Origin: Patescibacteria group bacterium
GTDB taxonomy: Bacteria; Patescibacteriota; JACPGU01
DNA: 64,000 nucleotides
NCBI GenBank assembly: GCA_041675145.1
Contig: JBAYUK010000002.1
Span: 216,530 to 280,529, forward strand
Reading direction: 5' to 3'
The translations under genes were made by a program, and so were the position numbers. Positions 21,206 to 30,361 of this stretch are shown here, one piece after another (the stretch's first letter is position 1; every line of letters begins with the position of its first letter). The notes below the pieces were generated by a model. It was given only the letters and a program-made list of their open reading frames with translations, searched no databases and was not told the origin of the DNA.

Positions 21206-22657
21206 ATGGAAGACGAATATAGAAAAGTCCGTGCAAAAAAACGAGAAGATTTAATTATGGCAGGGGTAGATCCATACCCTAGTTCTTTTGATCGTTCTCA
21301 TGCGCTCGATAAGGCTATAAAGCTAAAGGTTGGTACAAAAAAAGTTCGGCTTTGTGGTCGCCTTATGATGATTCGAGATATCGGAAAGATTTGTTTTGCG
21401 CAGGTTCAAGATGAGTCTGGTCGCATGCAGATAGTTTTTAACCAAAATGAGATAGATCGTGAACAGTATAAATTTTTTATAAAAAACTTTGATCTTGGTG
21501 ACTTTATCGGTGTAGAGGGTGAGATCTTTACGACTAAGACTGGTGAAAAGAGTTTGCTTGTAAAGAAATTTGAGATGCTAGCAAAAGCGCTTCTACCTCT
21601 TCCAGATAAGTGGCATGGCATTCAAGATGAGGAAGAAAAGCTCCGTAAGCGCTATTTAGATATTTTACTCAACCCAGAAGTAAAGGACTTGGTGTATAAA
21701 AGGTCTATGTTCTGGCAATCTATAAGAGAGTTTTTACTTAAAGACGGATTTATTGAGGTAGAAACCCCTGTATTTGAAACCACTCCCGGAGGAGCAGATG
21801 CGCGGCCTTTTATTACGCATCACAACGCCATGGATATGGATGTGTATCTGCGTATCTCCATGGGTGAACTGTGGCAAAAGAGACTAATGGTGGCAGGGCT
21901 AGAAAAGGTTTTTGAAATAGGTCGTCAGTTTAGGAATGAGGGTATGAGTACCGAGCATCTCCAGGATTACACTCAGATGGAGTTCTATATGGCGTATAAA
22001 GATTTTCGCTATGGAATGAAGATGGCTGAGAAAATGTATAAGTATGTAATAAAGAAAACATTTGGTACGCTTCAATTTACTATTAAAGATCATAAGGTAG
22101 ACTTCAGTAAGAAATGGGAGGTCTACGATTATCGTGAGACTGTACTGAAAATGACAGGTATTGATGTTACTCAAGCTTCTGAGAAAGAGATAGAAACTAA
22201 ACTTAAGGAGCTTAAGATTAACTACGATAAAAATGGTTTCAACATTACTCGTGGGATAGATAATCTATGGAAATTCTGCCGTAAAAAGATTACAGGACCA
22301 GGATTCTTAATAAATACTCCTGTAGTCTTAGAGCCACTGGCTAAAAGAGTACCAGATCGACCTGATGTAGTAGAGCGGTTCCAGATTATTATTGCAGGAT
22401 CTGAAATAGGGAAGGGGTTTTCTGAATTAAACGACCCCATCGACCAAGCAGGACGATTTGCAGGGCAACAGGCTTTACGAGACGCAGGGGACGAAGAGGC
22501 GCAATTCAACGATACGGATTATGTTGAAGCCATGGAGCACGGTATGCCTCCTACTTTCGGATTTGGTGTCTCTGAGAGATTATTTGCTTTTCTTATGGAT
22601 CGACCGGTTCGTGAATGCCAAATATTTCCATTAATGAGACCAAAGAATAAGGAATAA
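21206..22657 (+). CDS. lysS: Lysine--tRNA ligase (class II)
   Basis: OB-fold N-terminus, GGADARPFITHHN, FRNEG, GMPPTFGFG, FPLMRP. Start placed at ATG 21206. Confidence 0.96.
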   Translation: MEDEYRKVRAKKREDLIMAGVDPYPSSFDRSHALDKAIKLKVGTKKVRLCGRLMMIRDIGKICFAQVQDESGRMQIVFNQNEIDREQYKFFIKNFDLGDFIGVEGEIFTTKTGEKSLLVKKFEMLAKALLPLPDKWHGIQDEEEKLRKRYLDILLNPEVKDLVYKRSMFWQSIREFLLKDGFIEVETPVFETTPGGADARPFITHHNAMDMDVYLRISMGELWQKRLMVAGLEKVFEIGRQFRNEGMSTEHLQDYTQMEFYMAYKDFRYGMKMAEKMYKYVIKKTFGTLQFTIKDHKVDFSKKWEVYDYRETVLKMTGIDVTQASEKEIETKLKELKINYDKNGFNITRGIDNLWKFCRKKITGPGFLINTPVVLEPLAKRVPDRPDVVERFQIIIAGSEIGKGFSELNDPIDQAGRFAGQQALRDAGDEEAQFNDTDYVEAMEHGMPPTFGFGVSERLFAFLMDRPVRECQIFPLMRPKNKE

Positions 22658-22660
22658 ACT

Positions 22661-23902
22661 ATGTTAGACCTAAAATTTATTCGAGAAAACGTAGAGTTAG
22701 TCAAAAAGAACTGCCAAGATCGCAGAGTGATTGTTGATCTTGACCGGTTAGTAGTGTTAGACGACGAAAGACGTGAAATGATGCAGCAGATTGAAGTGTT
22801 GCGTGCAGAACGAAACCAAAAGTCTACCAGCAAGCCAAGTGAAGAAGAGATGGCTCGTTTGAAAAGTGTAGGTGATGTTATTTCTCAAAAAGAACAAGAG
22901 CTCGAGAAGGTTCAAGAAAAACTTGTAGCTCTATGGATGCAAATACCAAACCTGACTCATCCCCAGACTCCAATAGGGTCAGAAGAAGATTTCAAAACTG
23001 TTTTTGAAAGCCCAAAGCCAACATTCCCGTTTGAAACAAAGGATCATGAGACCCTCATGAATAACCTCAATGTAATTGATTTTGAAAGAGGAGCAAAGGT
23101 AGCAGGTGCAAAATTTTATTTTACAAAAGGGGATTTAGTTCGTCTTAACTTTGCTCTTCTTCAGTATGGAATGGATGTTTTAGCAACTTACGGTTACGAG
23201 TTGGTAGAAACCCCTGATCTTGCAAAAACAGAAATACTAACTGGCACTGGTTACAATCCTCGTGGAGATGCACAGGATCAGATATATACAATAGAGAATA
23301 CAGATCTAAGTTTGATTGCGACTGCAGAAATTACGATGGGAGGATACCATCAAGATGAGGTACTGGACTTATCAAAGGGTCCAAAAAAATATGCAGCTAT
23401 CTCTCATTGTTTCCGAAAAGAAGCTGGTGCATATGGCCGCACAAGTAAGGGACTCTACCGTGTTCATCAGTTTACGAAGTTAGAAATGTTCATTTATTGT
23501 AAGCCAGAAGAGAGTGAAGCGATGCACCAGGAACTTCTTTCTATCGAACGTGAGATTTGTGATGGGCTAGAAATCCCATATCGCGTTATAGATATTGCGA
23601 GCTCTGATCTAGGTGGCCCTGCATATCGTAAATATGATATAGAGGCTTGGATGACGATGTTAGATAACTGGGGGGAGATTACGAGTACAAGTAACTGTAC
23701 CGACTACCAGGCACGTCGACTCAAGATCCGCTATAAAGACGAAGAAGGCAAGACTCAGCTTGTGCATACGCTCAATGGAACTGCAGTGGTATTGTCTCGC
23801 TTCCCAATTGCTTTGTTTGAGAATCATCAGCAAGCTGACGGATCAATTGCGATACCAAAAGTCTTACAGAAATATTTAGGTAAGGAATTTATAGGAAAAT
23901 AA
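22661..23902 (+). CDS. serS: Serine--tRNA ligase
   Basis: MLDLKFIREN, ATAE, CFRKEAG, GLYRVHQF, SNCTDYQARRL, HTLNGT. Confidence 0.97.
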   Translation: MLDLKFIRENVELVKKNCQDRRVIVDLDRLVVLDDERREMMQQIEVLRAERNQKSTSKPSEEEMARLKSVGDVISQKEQELEKVQEKLVALWMQIPNLTHPQTPIGSEEDFKTVFESPKPTFPFETKDHETLMNNLNVIDFERGAKVAGAKFYFTKGDLVRLNFALLQYGMDVLATYGYELVETPDLAKTEILTGTGYNPRGDAQDQIYTIENTDLSLIATAEITMGGYHQDEVLDLSKGPKKYAAISHCFRKEAGAYGRTSKGLYRVHQFTKLEMFIYCKPEESEAMHQELLSIEREICDGLEIPYRVIDIASSDLGGPAYRKYDIEAWMTMLDNWGEITSTSNCTDYQARRLKIRYKDEEGKTQLVHTLNGTAVVLSRFPIALFENHQQADGSIAIPKVLQKYLGKEFIGK

Positions 23903-23914
23903 TAGGAGGATACT

Positions 23915-24439
23915 ATGAAAATAACTATTTCTGGAAAAAATATCGATATCACAGATGCAATTAATAACTATATCGATGAGAAGATCTCAAAGTTAGAGAA
24001 ATATGTAGAAGGTATTGAGCCTATTCATGCTGAAGTTGAGATACAGGCTAGACCTCAAGGATCAAAAGGCCAGCCTACTGCTACTGTTGAAGTAACGTTT
24101 ACGATGCCTGAAGCAATTGTACGAGTAGAGGAGACAGCAGCAGATCTGTACGCCGCAGTTGACGCTATAGAAGAAAAGATTGAGCGCAAGATTAAGAAAT
24201 ATAAGGAACGCCACCTTCGTGATCGTAAGCAGTCTCAAGAGCTTGGTGTTGAAGATATCAAAAAAGTGATTAAAAGAAAGAAGTTTCACCTTGGCAATCC
24301 AATAACTGAAGACGAAGCAATTACTCGCATGGACTTACTTGGACATGACTTTTATGTATTTGTGGACGCTATTACTGGAGAGCAGAGAACGGTGTATCGC
24401 CGTCGTGACGGTGGTTACGGCTCAATTGAGGCCTCATAG
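23915..24439 (+). CDS. hpf: Ribosome hibernation promoting factor, long form (HPF/RaiA)
   Basis: ISGKNIDITDAI..Y...KI, DLYAAVD, C-terminal 'EAITRMDLLGHDFYVF...VYRRRDGGYG'. SD AGGAGG upstream. Confidence 0.94.
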   Translation: MKITISGKNIDITDAINNYIDEKISKLEKYVEGIEPIHAEVEIQARPQGSKGQPTATVEVTFTMPEAIVRVEETAADLYAAVDAIEEKIERKIKKYKERHLRDRKQSQELGVEDIKKVIKRKKFHLGNPITEDEAITRMDLLGHDFYVFVDAITGEQRTVYRRRDGGYGSIEAS

Positions 24440-24464
24440 AAGTATTTCAGCTCCCAGGAAAGGT

Positions 24465-24495
24465 ACAAGCTCGGCAGATCTGCCGAGCTTGTTTT
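24465..24495 (+). terminator. Perfect 28-bp palindrome/terminator after hpf, overlapping the secA -35 (TTGTTT-17-TATAAT)
   Basis: ACAAGCTCGGCAGA|TCTGCCGAGCTTGT followed by a T run. Confidence 0.75.
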
Positions 24496-24551
24496 ATGGG
24501 GGTATTTGGCATATAATGGATTAGATAGAAAATTTCACAAAAAACACGATT

Positions 24552-27158
24552 ATGGCTATTTTTGACACATTATTTGGCAGTTCTAGTACGAAAAAAGTTC
24601 GTGCCACTACTCCTTTGATAAAAAAGATTAACGAACTAGAGAATGTATTTCAGGCACTAACAGATGATGAGTTACGCGCCAAGACTGAAGAGTTTAAAAA
24701 GATACTTACTGCAAAATCTACTAAAAAGAAGAGTAATGATGGCTACGCCTCTGAAGAGGAGACAGAGAACACTTCATATGAGGTAACGCAGGCCACACTA
24801 AAAGAGATATTGCCTGAAGCGTTTGCTACTGTCCGTGAAGCTTCTCGTAGAGTTCTTGGCATGCGTCATTTTGATGTTCAGTTAATTGGTGCAATCATTC
24901 TTAATAACGGATCAATTGCAGAGATGAAGACAGGTGAGGGTAAGACTCTTGTATCGACCCTTGCTATCTATCTCAATGCTCTTATGGGTCGTGGCGTTCA
25001 TGTTGTTACCGTAAACGACTACCTTGCAAAACGTGACGCTGAATGGATGGGGAAGCTGTATGACTTCCTCGGGCTATCAACAGGTATTATTGTGCATGAT
25101 AATGCATATGTTGTTGATTATAGTGAGAAGCAGGCTCCAGTAATCGTCGCTGATTCCTCTGTGGACACCGAAGAGGCAACGGGTGAACAGCAGATTTCAG
25201 TAGAGATGACTAACTTACGTTCAGTAACTCGTCGTGAGGCATACGCAGCTGACATTACGTACGGAACCAACAACGAGTTTGGCTTTGACTATCTGCGAGA
25301 CAATATGGTGCACTCTTTAGATCAAAAGGTTCAAAGAGACCTCTACTACGCAGTGATCGACGAAATAGACTCTATCTTAATTGACGAAGCTCGTACACCT
25401 TTAATTATCTCAGCTCCAGCAGAAGAATCAGGAGACATGTATCGTCAATTCGCTCAGCTTGTACCAAGTCTTGTAGAGCATGAGGATTATATTGTTGATG
25501 AGAAGAAGAGAGTAGCGAGCCTTACCGATGCTGGTATTGAGAAGATGGAAAGACTCCTGGGCTTAGATAATATTTACGACAAAGGAGTTGAAATAGTCCA
25601 TCACCTTGAACAGGCACTAAAGGCCCTGGTGCTCTTTAAGAGAGACAAGGACTATATCGCTCGTGATGGTGAGGTGATTATCGTCGATGAATTTACCGGT
25701 CGTCTTATGCCAGGTCGTCGCTACAGTGAAGGTCTTCACCAAGCAATAGAGGCTAAAGAAGGAGTTGAAATTAAGCGCGAGAGTGTTACGTTGGCGACAA
25801 TTACTTTCCAGAACTATTTTAGACTTTATGAAAAGATATCCGGTATGACCGGAACAGCTATGACGGAGAGCGAAGAGTTCTACCGTATATATAAACTTGA
25901 TGTTGTTGAAGTTCCAACACATAGGGAACGAAAACGATCTGACGGTCCTGATCGTATTTATAAAAACGAAAAAGGGAAGTTCGACGCACTAGTAGCAGAT
26001 ATTAAAGAGCGTAACACCAAAGGCCAGCCGGTTTTGGTTGGTACTATTTCTATAGAAAAAAACGAAGTGCTCTCCCATCTTCTTAAGATTAACGGGGTAC
26101 CTCATGAACTTCTTAATGCTAAACAGCATGAAAGAGAAGCGGCCATTATTGCTCAAGCGGGAGCTAAAGGAAGCGTAACTATTGCAACGAACATGGCAGG
26201 TCGTGGAGTAGACATTATCCTTGGTGGTCACCCATATGATCAGGCAAAAGCTGACGAGGTGAGAGCCTTAGGTGGCCTTGCGGTACTTGGAACAGAGCGC
26301 CATGAATCTCGTCGTATCGATAACCAGCTAAGAGGTCGTGCCGGTCGTCAGGGAGATCCTGGATACTCGCAGTTCTATATCTCACTAGAAGATGACCTGA
26401 TGCGTATTTTTGGAGGAGAACGCATTCAAAACATGATGACCTCTCTTGGGATTCCTGATGACCAGCCTATTGAGAACGGAATAGTTTCTCGCTCAATCGA
26501 AGCGGCACAAAAAAAGGTAGAAGGACATAACTTTGATATTCGAAAACATGTACTCGAATACGATGATGTTATGAACAAGCAGCGAGCAACACTCTATACG
26601 AAACGGAACCGTATTTTAATTGGTCGTGACACTGTTGCAAACCATGATGTGAGTTTGCTTGATAAAGCAAAGGACCTTGTTTCGGTCTCATATGATATGT
26701 TGTCACAAGAATACGCTCATATTGATGAAGTAAACGACACTATGTATGCTCGTCTAGCCGATCAACTCGCATCTCTCGGTATGATGTCGCCTGAAGAATA
26801 TCTTAGCGAGGTAAAGAATATATCTACCCCTGAGGCTATCTCGGCATATATTGTTACGATTAAAGATAAGGCTCTCGGTGAGCATATCGAACAAGGTATT
26901 GTAGGGGTATTGTCTGCAGATCAAGTAACTGACTTAATACGATCACTCTATTTGCGCATTATAGATTCGTACTGGGTACGCCATCTAACTGAGATTGACC
27001 ATCTCCGTACAGGAATTGGTCTAGTAGGATATGGCCAGAAGGATCCGCTAGTTGAATATAAACATCGCTCGTATACAATGTTCCAGAAACTTCTTGCGCT
27101 TATTGATGACCAGTTTGTGAAATCTATTATGCATTTGAAGATAGAGAAAGGTAACTAA
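24552..27158 (+). CDS. secA: Preprotein translocase SecA
   Basis: MKTGEGKT, VTVNDYLA, DEIDSILIDEARTPL, ATNMAGRG, RRIDNQLRGRAGRQGDPG. Confidence 0.98.
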   Translation: MAIFDTLFGSSSTKKVRATTPLIKKINELENVFQALTDDELRAKTEEFKKILTAKSTKKKSNDGYASEEETENTSYEVTQATLKEILPEAFATVREASRRVLGMRHFDVQLIGAIILNNGSIAEMKTGEGKTLVSTLAIYLNALMGRGVHVVTVNDYLAKRDAEWMGKLYDFLGLSTGIIVHDNAYVVDYSEKQAPVIVADSSVDTEEATGEQQISVEMTNLRSVTRREAYAADITYGTNNEFGFDYLRDNMVHSLDQKVQRDLYYAVIDEIDSILIDEARTPLIISAPAEESGDMYRQFAQLVPSLVEHEDYIVDEKKRVASLTDAGIEKMERLLGLDNIYDKGVEIVHHLEQALKALVLFKRDKDYIARDGEVIIVDEFTGRLMPGRRYSEGLHQAIEAKEGVEIKRESVTLATITFQNYFRLYEKISGMTGTAMTESEEFYRIYKLDVVEVPTHRERKRSDGPDRIYKNEKGKFDALVADIKERNTKGQPVLVGTISIEKNEVLSHLLKINGVPHELLNAKQHEREAAIIAQAGAKGSVTIATNMAGRGVDIILGGHPYDQAKADEVRALGGLAVLGTERHESRRIDNQLRGRAGRQGDPGYSQFYISLEDDLMRIFGGERIQNMMTSLGIPDDQPIENGIVSRSIEAAQKKVEGHNFDIRKHVLEYDDVMNKQRATLYTKRNRILIGRDTVANHDVSLLDKAKDLVSVSYDMLSQEYAHIDEVNDTMYARLADQLASLGMMSPEEYLSEVKNISTPEAISAYIVTIKDKALGEHIEQGIVGVLSADQVTDLIRSLYLRIIDSYWVRHLTEIDHLRTGIGLVGYGQKDPLVEYKHRSYTMFQKLLALIDDQFVKSIMHLKIEKGN

Positions 27159-27163
27159 ATACT

Positions 27164-27751
27164 ATGGAAGAAATAGAAGTTAAATATATCGATATAGATG
27201 TTCCTGATTTAGAAAAGAAGCTCGAAGTAATAGGGGCAGAGAAAGTGGGGGAATACCTCTACCGCTCGAAAACTTTCGATTACGCTGACTTGAGGTTAGA
27301 TAAAGACATGTCCTGGGTGCGCATGCGTGATGAAGGAGATAAGGTAACTCTTGCCTACAAGAAGCGTCTGGGTGTGACAAGTGAGGGCGGTAACGATACT
27401 GGTATGGAAGAAGTAGAGATCGAAGTTTCTGACTACGAGAAGACTGCTCAGATTTTTTTAAAAATTGGATTAATCGAAAAGTTCTCACAAGAAAAGAAGC
27501 GCATCAGGTATAAGAAGGGAACTACAGAGTTTGATATAGATTTCTGGCCAGGGATCCCACCATATCTCGAGATAGAAGCACAAAGCTGGGAGGACATAGA
27601 TGCTGTTGCTGTAGAGTTAGGCCTTACCCCAGACAAGCGTATGATTTGTTCTGCAACACAGATTTATGCCCACTACGGCATCAATGACAAGGAATATGAA
27701 ACGATGACATTTAGCGAAGGATTGGTTAAGAGAACGGTGCAGTTAGGTTAA
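27164..27751 (+). CDS. CYTH/triphosphate tunnel metalloenzyme (class IV adenylate cyclase-like)
   Basis: N-terminal ExExK (EEIEVKY), WVRMR, EKKR, YLEIEA. Confidence 0.88.
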   Translation: MEEIEVKYIDIDVPDLEKKLEVIGAEKVGEYLYRSKTFDYADLRLDKDMSWVRMRDEGDKVTLAYKKRLGVTSEGGNDTGMEEVEIEVSDYEKTAQIFLKIGLIEKFSQEKKRIRYKKGTTEFDIDFWPGIPPYLEIEAQSWEDIDAVAVELGLTPDKRMICSATQIYAHYGINDKEYETMTFSEGLVKRTVQLG

Positions 27752-27782
27752 ATAAAAGAGACCCGTATGGGTCTCTTTTATT
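27751..27782. terminator. Bidirectional intrinsic terminator (CYTH / rplT)
   Basis: AATAAAAGAGACCC-GTAT-GGGTCTCTTTTATT between convergent genes. Confidence 0.85.
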
Positions 27783-28126
27783 TATTTCACGTTCTGTACG
27801 ATTTTTGCAAAGGCTTCAGGGTGTTCCTGTGCTATCTGAGATAGCACCTTGCGATCTAGTTCTACACTCTTCTTTTTCAAGATATCTATGAATGTTGAGT
27901 ATGAAAGTCCAAGAGGGCGAACAGCAGCGTTGATCTTGATATTCCAAAGACCACGCATGGTGCGCTTCTTTGCCTTACGGTCACGATACGCCTGCCAACC
28001 GGCCTTTAGATCGGCCTGACGAGCACGCTTAATCGTAGTTCGGTTTAACATGCGACGACCCTTAGCGCGGGCGCGTAGGGTTTTATGCTTTTTGTGAGAT
28101 ATGACTCCTCGTTTGACTCTTGGCAT
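27782..28126 (-). CDS. rplT: 50S ribosomal protein bL20
   Basis: MPRVKRG, AYRDRK.KKR.MR.LW..KINAA, LDRKVLS. Confidence 0.97.
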   Translation of the reverse strand: MPRVKRGVISHKKHKTLRARAKGRRMLNRTTIKRARQADLKAGWQAYRDRKAKKRTMRGLWNIKINAAVRPLGLSYSTFIDILKKKSVELDRKVLSQIAQEHPEAFAKIVQNVK

Positions 28127-28149
28127 GATAGAAAATATAAACTAATAGA

Positions 28150-28344
28150 TTAAGCGTAGGGAAGTAGGCGACGAACCATCTTTGCATCAGCACGGTTAAC
28201 AGTATGTGTCTTTCCCATCTTGCGTTTACGCTTTTTTGATTTACTCGACATTAAGTGAGACTGAAAAGCGCGACGCTTCTTCAGCTTTCCGTTTTTTGTA
28301 ACAGTAATTCTCTTTGCGAGACCTTTATGCGTCTTTAATTTCAT
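28150..28344 (-). CDS. rpmI: 50S ribosomal protein bL35
   Basis: KLKTHKGLAKR...TKNGK...H...K, ends LLPYA. Lies between infC and rplT. Confidence 0.96.
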   Translation of the reverse strand: MKLKTHKGLAKRITVTKNGKLKKRRAFQSHLMSSKSKKRKRKMGKTHTVNRADAKMVRRLLPYA

Positions 28345-28400
28345 GACAGGATTCTTAATGGTGTAGACCCTTTGATTGCTTCAGGGCGATACGTCTTATA

Positions 28401-28946
28401 TTACTTCTTGATTGGTGCGAGAATGGTAGAAAGTCGCTTTCCGAGATATGAGGCTGGAGTTTCGATCTGGGTGATGTCTGCAACTGAAGCAATGAGCTGG
28501 TTGACCTGAGCACGACCCTTATCTAGATACATGGCCTCACGACCGCGAAACATCATAGTGAGCTTGACCTTGTGACCTTTTTCTATGAACTCACGAATCT
28601 TCTTCATCTTGATTTCGATGTCGTGGGTATCAGTTTTTGGTCGCAAACGGATCTCTTTTGTTTCAACTACTTTTTGATTCTTTCTACTTGCTTGTTCCTT
28701 CTTCGTTTGCTCGTATTTAAACTTGCCGTAGTCCATGATCTTTGCTACCGGGGGACTATCTGACATAAGTACGAGATCAAGGTCACGATCAAAGGCCATC
28801 TGTATTGCCACCTTGGTGTCGATATCGTCTATTTTCTCTCCTGTATCTGTAATAACCGTGAGGCGAGGAATACGAATTTCTTCATTGCGGCGGTTGGCCT
28901 TTGTTTGAACCTTATTTCTTGGTTGAAAACTCTTCAAGGAAAGAAT
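28401..28946 (-). CDS. infC: Translation initiation factor IF-3 (non-AUG start, ATT 28946 or TTG 28937)
   Basis: NEEIR, PPVAKIMDYGKFKY, KEIRLRP..D.HD, MFRGRE. No in-frame ATG near the N-terminus. Confidence 0.95.
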   Translation of the reverse strand: MLSLKSFQPRNKVQTKANRRNEEIRIPRLTVITDTGEKIDDIDTKVAIQMAFDRDLDLVLMSDSPPVAKIMDYGKFKYEQTKKEQASRKNQKVVETKEIRLRPKTDTHDIEIKMKKIREFIEKGHKVKLTMMFRGREAMYLDKGRAQVNQLIASVADITQIETPASYLGKRLSTILAPIKK

Positions 28947-28977
28947 GTTTGATATTAATAGGCTAATTCTAGCATAA

Positions 28978-29817
28978 TTACTCGCTTTGAGCAAGATTTG
29001 AAGTTGGGGTGGCGTTTTTGTCCTGAGGGACCAGTACTTTGAGGGCTTTTGGTGCTACCTTTATCACGACTGGGGTCTTTCCTGAGTTTTCACCATCTGC
29101 TTTGATCTGGAGGCCTGTTTTACCTGATATTTCAAGGTAATCTCCCTCCACAACTGTAGTCTCAGGCCTCGTTTTTTTGTTGTTTAGGTCCTCAGGCCTG
29201 CTTTTAATCTGAATATGAAGGAGCTGATCAGTTAAGAAGTCTTGGCTATGGCCTCTACCTCCGAAAGGGAAGGGACTAATGGTGAGTCGACTGATATCTG
29301 CCTGGATATGAAGACTACTACCTTCCTTTTTAAGGTCAATGGTCATTGGATAGTAAGAGATAACTGGTTTTTTGAGTCGAGAGGCGATAAAGCCAGACTT
29401 TTTGGCTGTTTGTTTGCCTTCTATCTCGATTGATGCGGTGAAATAGCGGTCGTCATAGAGCCCTAGGTCCATTTCAATAGTTTCTCCGTTCTTGAGGGCC
29501 ATGCACCCATTCATCCATGAGTTAATCCCAATAAGGTGGGCGACTAGGTTATTATCTCCTATAGGGATGACGCCGAATTCGATTGGTTGGTAGGCAAGTA
29601 CCTGGATAATGTCATTTATCATGCCATCGCCACCTATGGCCACGACTCGGTCGATGTCTTTGGTAAGCGCGAGAGAGGCAATCTTTTGCGCTTCACCTCT
29701 TTTACTAACCTCAGCAAATTGACCCGATAATCCCATGTTTTCGAGGGTTTTTTTGATTTTGGCTTTTAAAAAACGAGCCTTTTTGGCTTGCGTATTAAAA
29801 ATATAGAGAGTTTTCAT
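28978..29817 (-). CDS. Diacylglycerol kinase-family (YegS/DAGK-like) protein
   Basis: IFN, VAIGGDG, VIPIGDNN, ADGE..G.TP. Confidence 0.85.
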   Translation of the reverse strand: MKTLYIFNTQAKKARFLKAKIKKTLENMGLSGQFAEVSKRGEAQKIASLALTKDIDRVVAIGGDGMINDIIQVLAYQPIEFGVIPIGDNNLVAHLIGINSWMNGCMALKNGETIEMDLGLYDDRYFTASIEIEGKQTAKKSGFIASRLKKPVISYYPMTIDLKKEGSSLHIQADISRLTISPFPFGGRGHSQDFLTDQLLHIQIKSRPEDLNNKKTRPETTVVEGDYLEISGKTGLQIKADGENSGKTPVVIKVAPKALKVLVPQDKNATPTSNLAQSE

Positions 29818-29820
29818 GGT

Positions 29821-30219
29821 TTAGGTCTCGTAGGTTGGTTTTACGATACTCTGGTCTTCAATTTTTCCGTGCATAATAGAAGATCCCGAGAAGATTCCTC
29901 CAGGTTTGACTGAGAGAATCTTAGCTGAGATGTTTCCATTCACTTTTCCGGTAGAGAGGATGTCTAGTTCGTTGACTACATTTACATCTCCATTGACGAT
30001 TCCAGCGATAGTGGCATTTTTTGCATGAATGGGAGCATTTACCTCACCGTCAGTACCAACTACAACATCACCTTCAGCCATAATCTCTCCTGAAAATGAT
30101 CCATTAATCTGAATATTGTGTTTTGCTTCTAGTTTTCCAGAAAGTGCTACACCTGCTCCGACGATAGTCTCAGCATGGGTTACATTTGCTTGTAATTCTC
30201 GCTTTTTGATCAGTGCCAT
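29821..30219 (-). CDS. Bactofilin (polymer-forming cytoskeletal protein)
   Basis: ETIVGAG..LSG.L....IQING.FSG.I...GIVNGDV...GKVNGNI....L.V..GG.FSG beta-helix pattern. Confidence 0.93.
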   Translation of the reverse strand: MALIKKRELQANVTHAETIVGAGVALSGKLEAKHNIQINGSFSGEIMAEGDVVVGTDGEVNAPIHAKNATIAGIVNGDVNVVNELDILSTGKVNGNISAKILSVKPGGIFSGSSIMHGKIEDQSIVKPTYET

Positions 30220-30252
30220 ACGATATGATTAGCTGGGCTAATAGTAGAGATA

Positions 30253-30281
30253 ATTATAGCATTTTTGATGTATTGAGGCAA
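30253..30281 (-). promoter_or_regulatory. Promoter of bactofilin-DAGK-infC operon
   Basis: Minus strand TTGCCT-17nt-TATAAT with extended TGn. Confidence 0.75.
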
Positions 30282-30303
30282 ATAAATAGCCTTCATCCTA
30301 TAC

Positions 30304-30332
30304 TTGCGAAACTCGGTTTTAAAGCGTATACT
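30304..30332 (+). promoter_or_regulatory. uvrA promoter (divergent)
   Basis: TTGCGA-17nt-TATACT. Confidence 0.7.
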
Positions 30333-30361
30333 ATCAAGCATACTTTTGACTAAAAAATACT

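Noticed and set aside
30307-30320. LexA/SOS box in the uvrA promoter (CGAAACTCGGTTTT)
   Set aside because: Only a partial match to CGAAC-N4-GTTCG, and the cognate LexA motif of this lineage is unknown.
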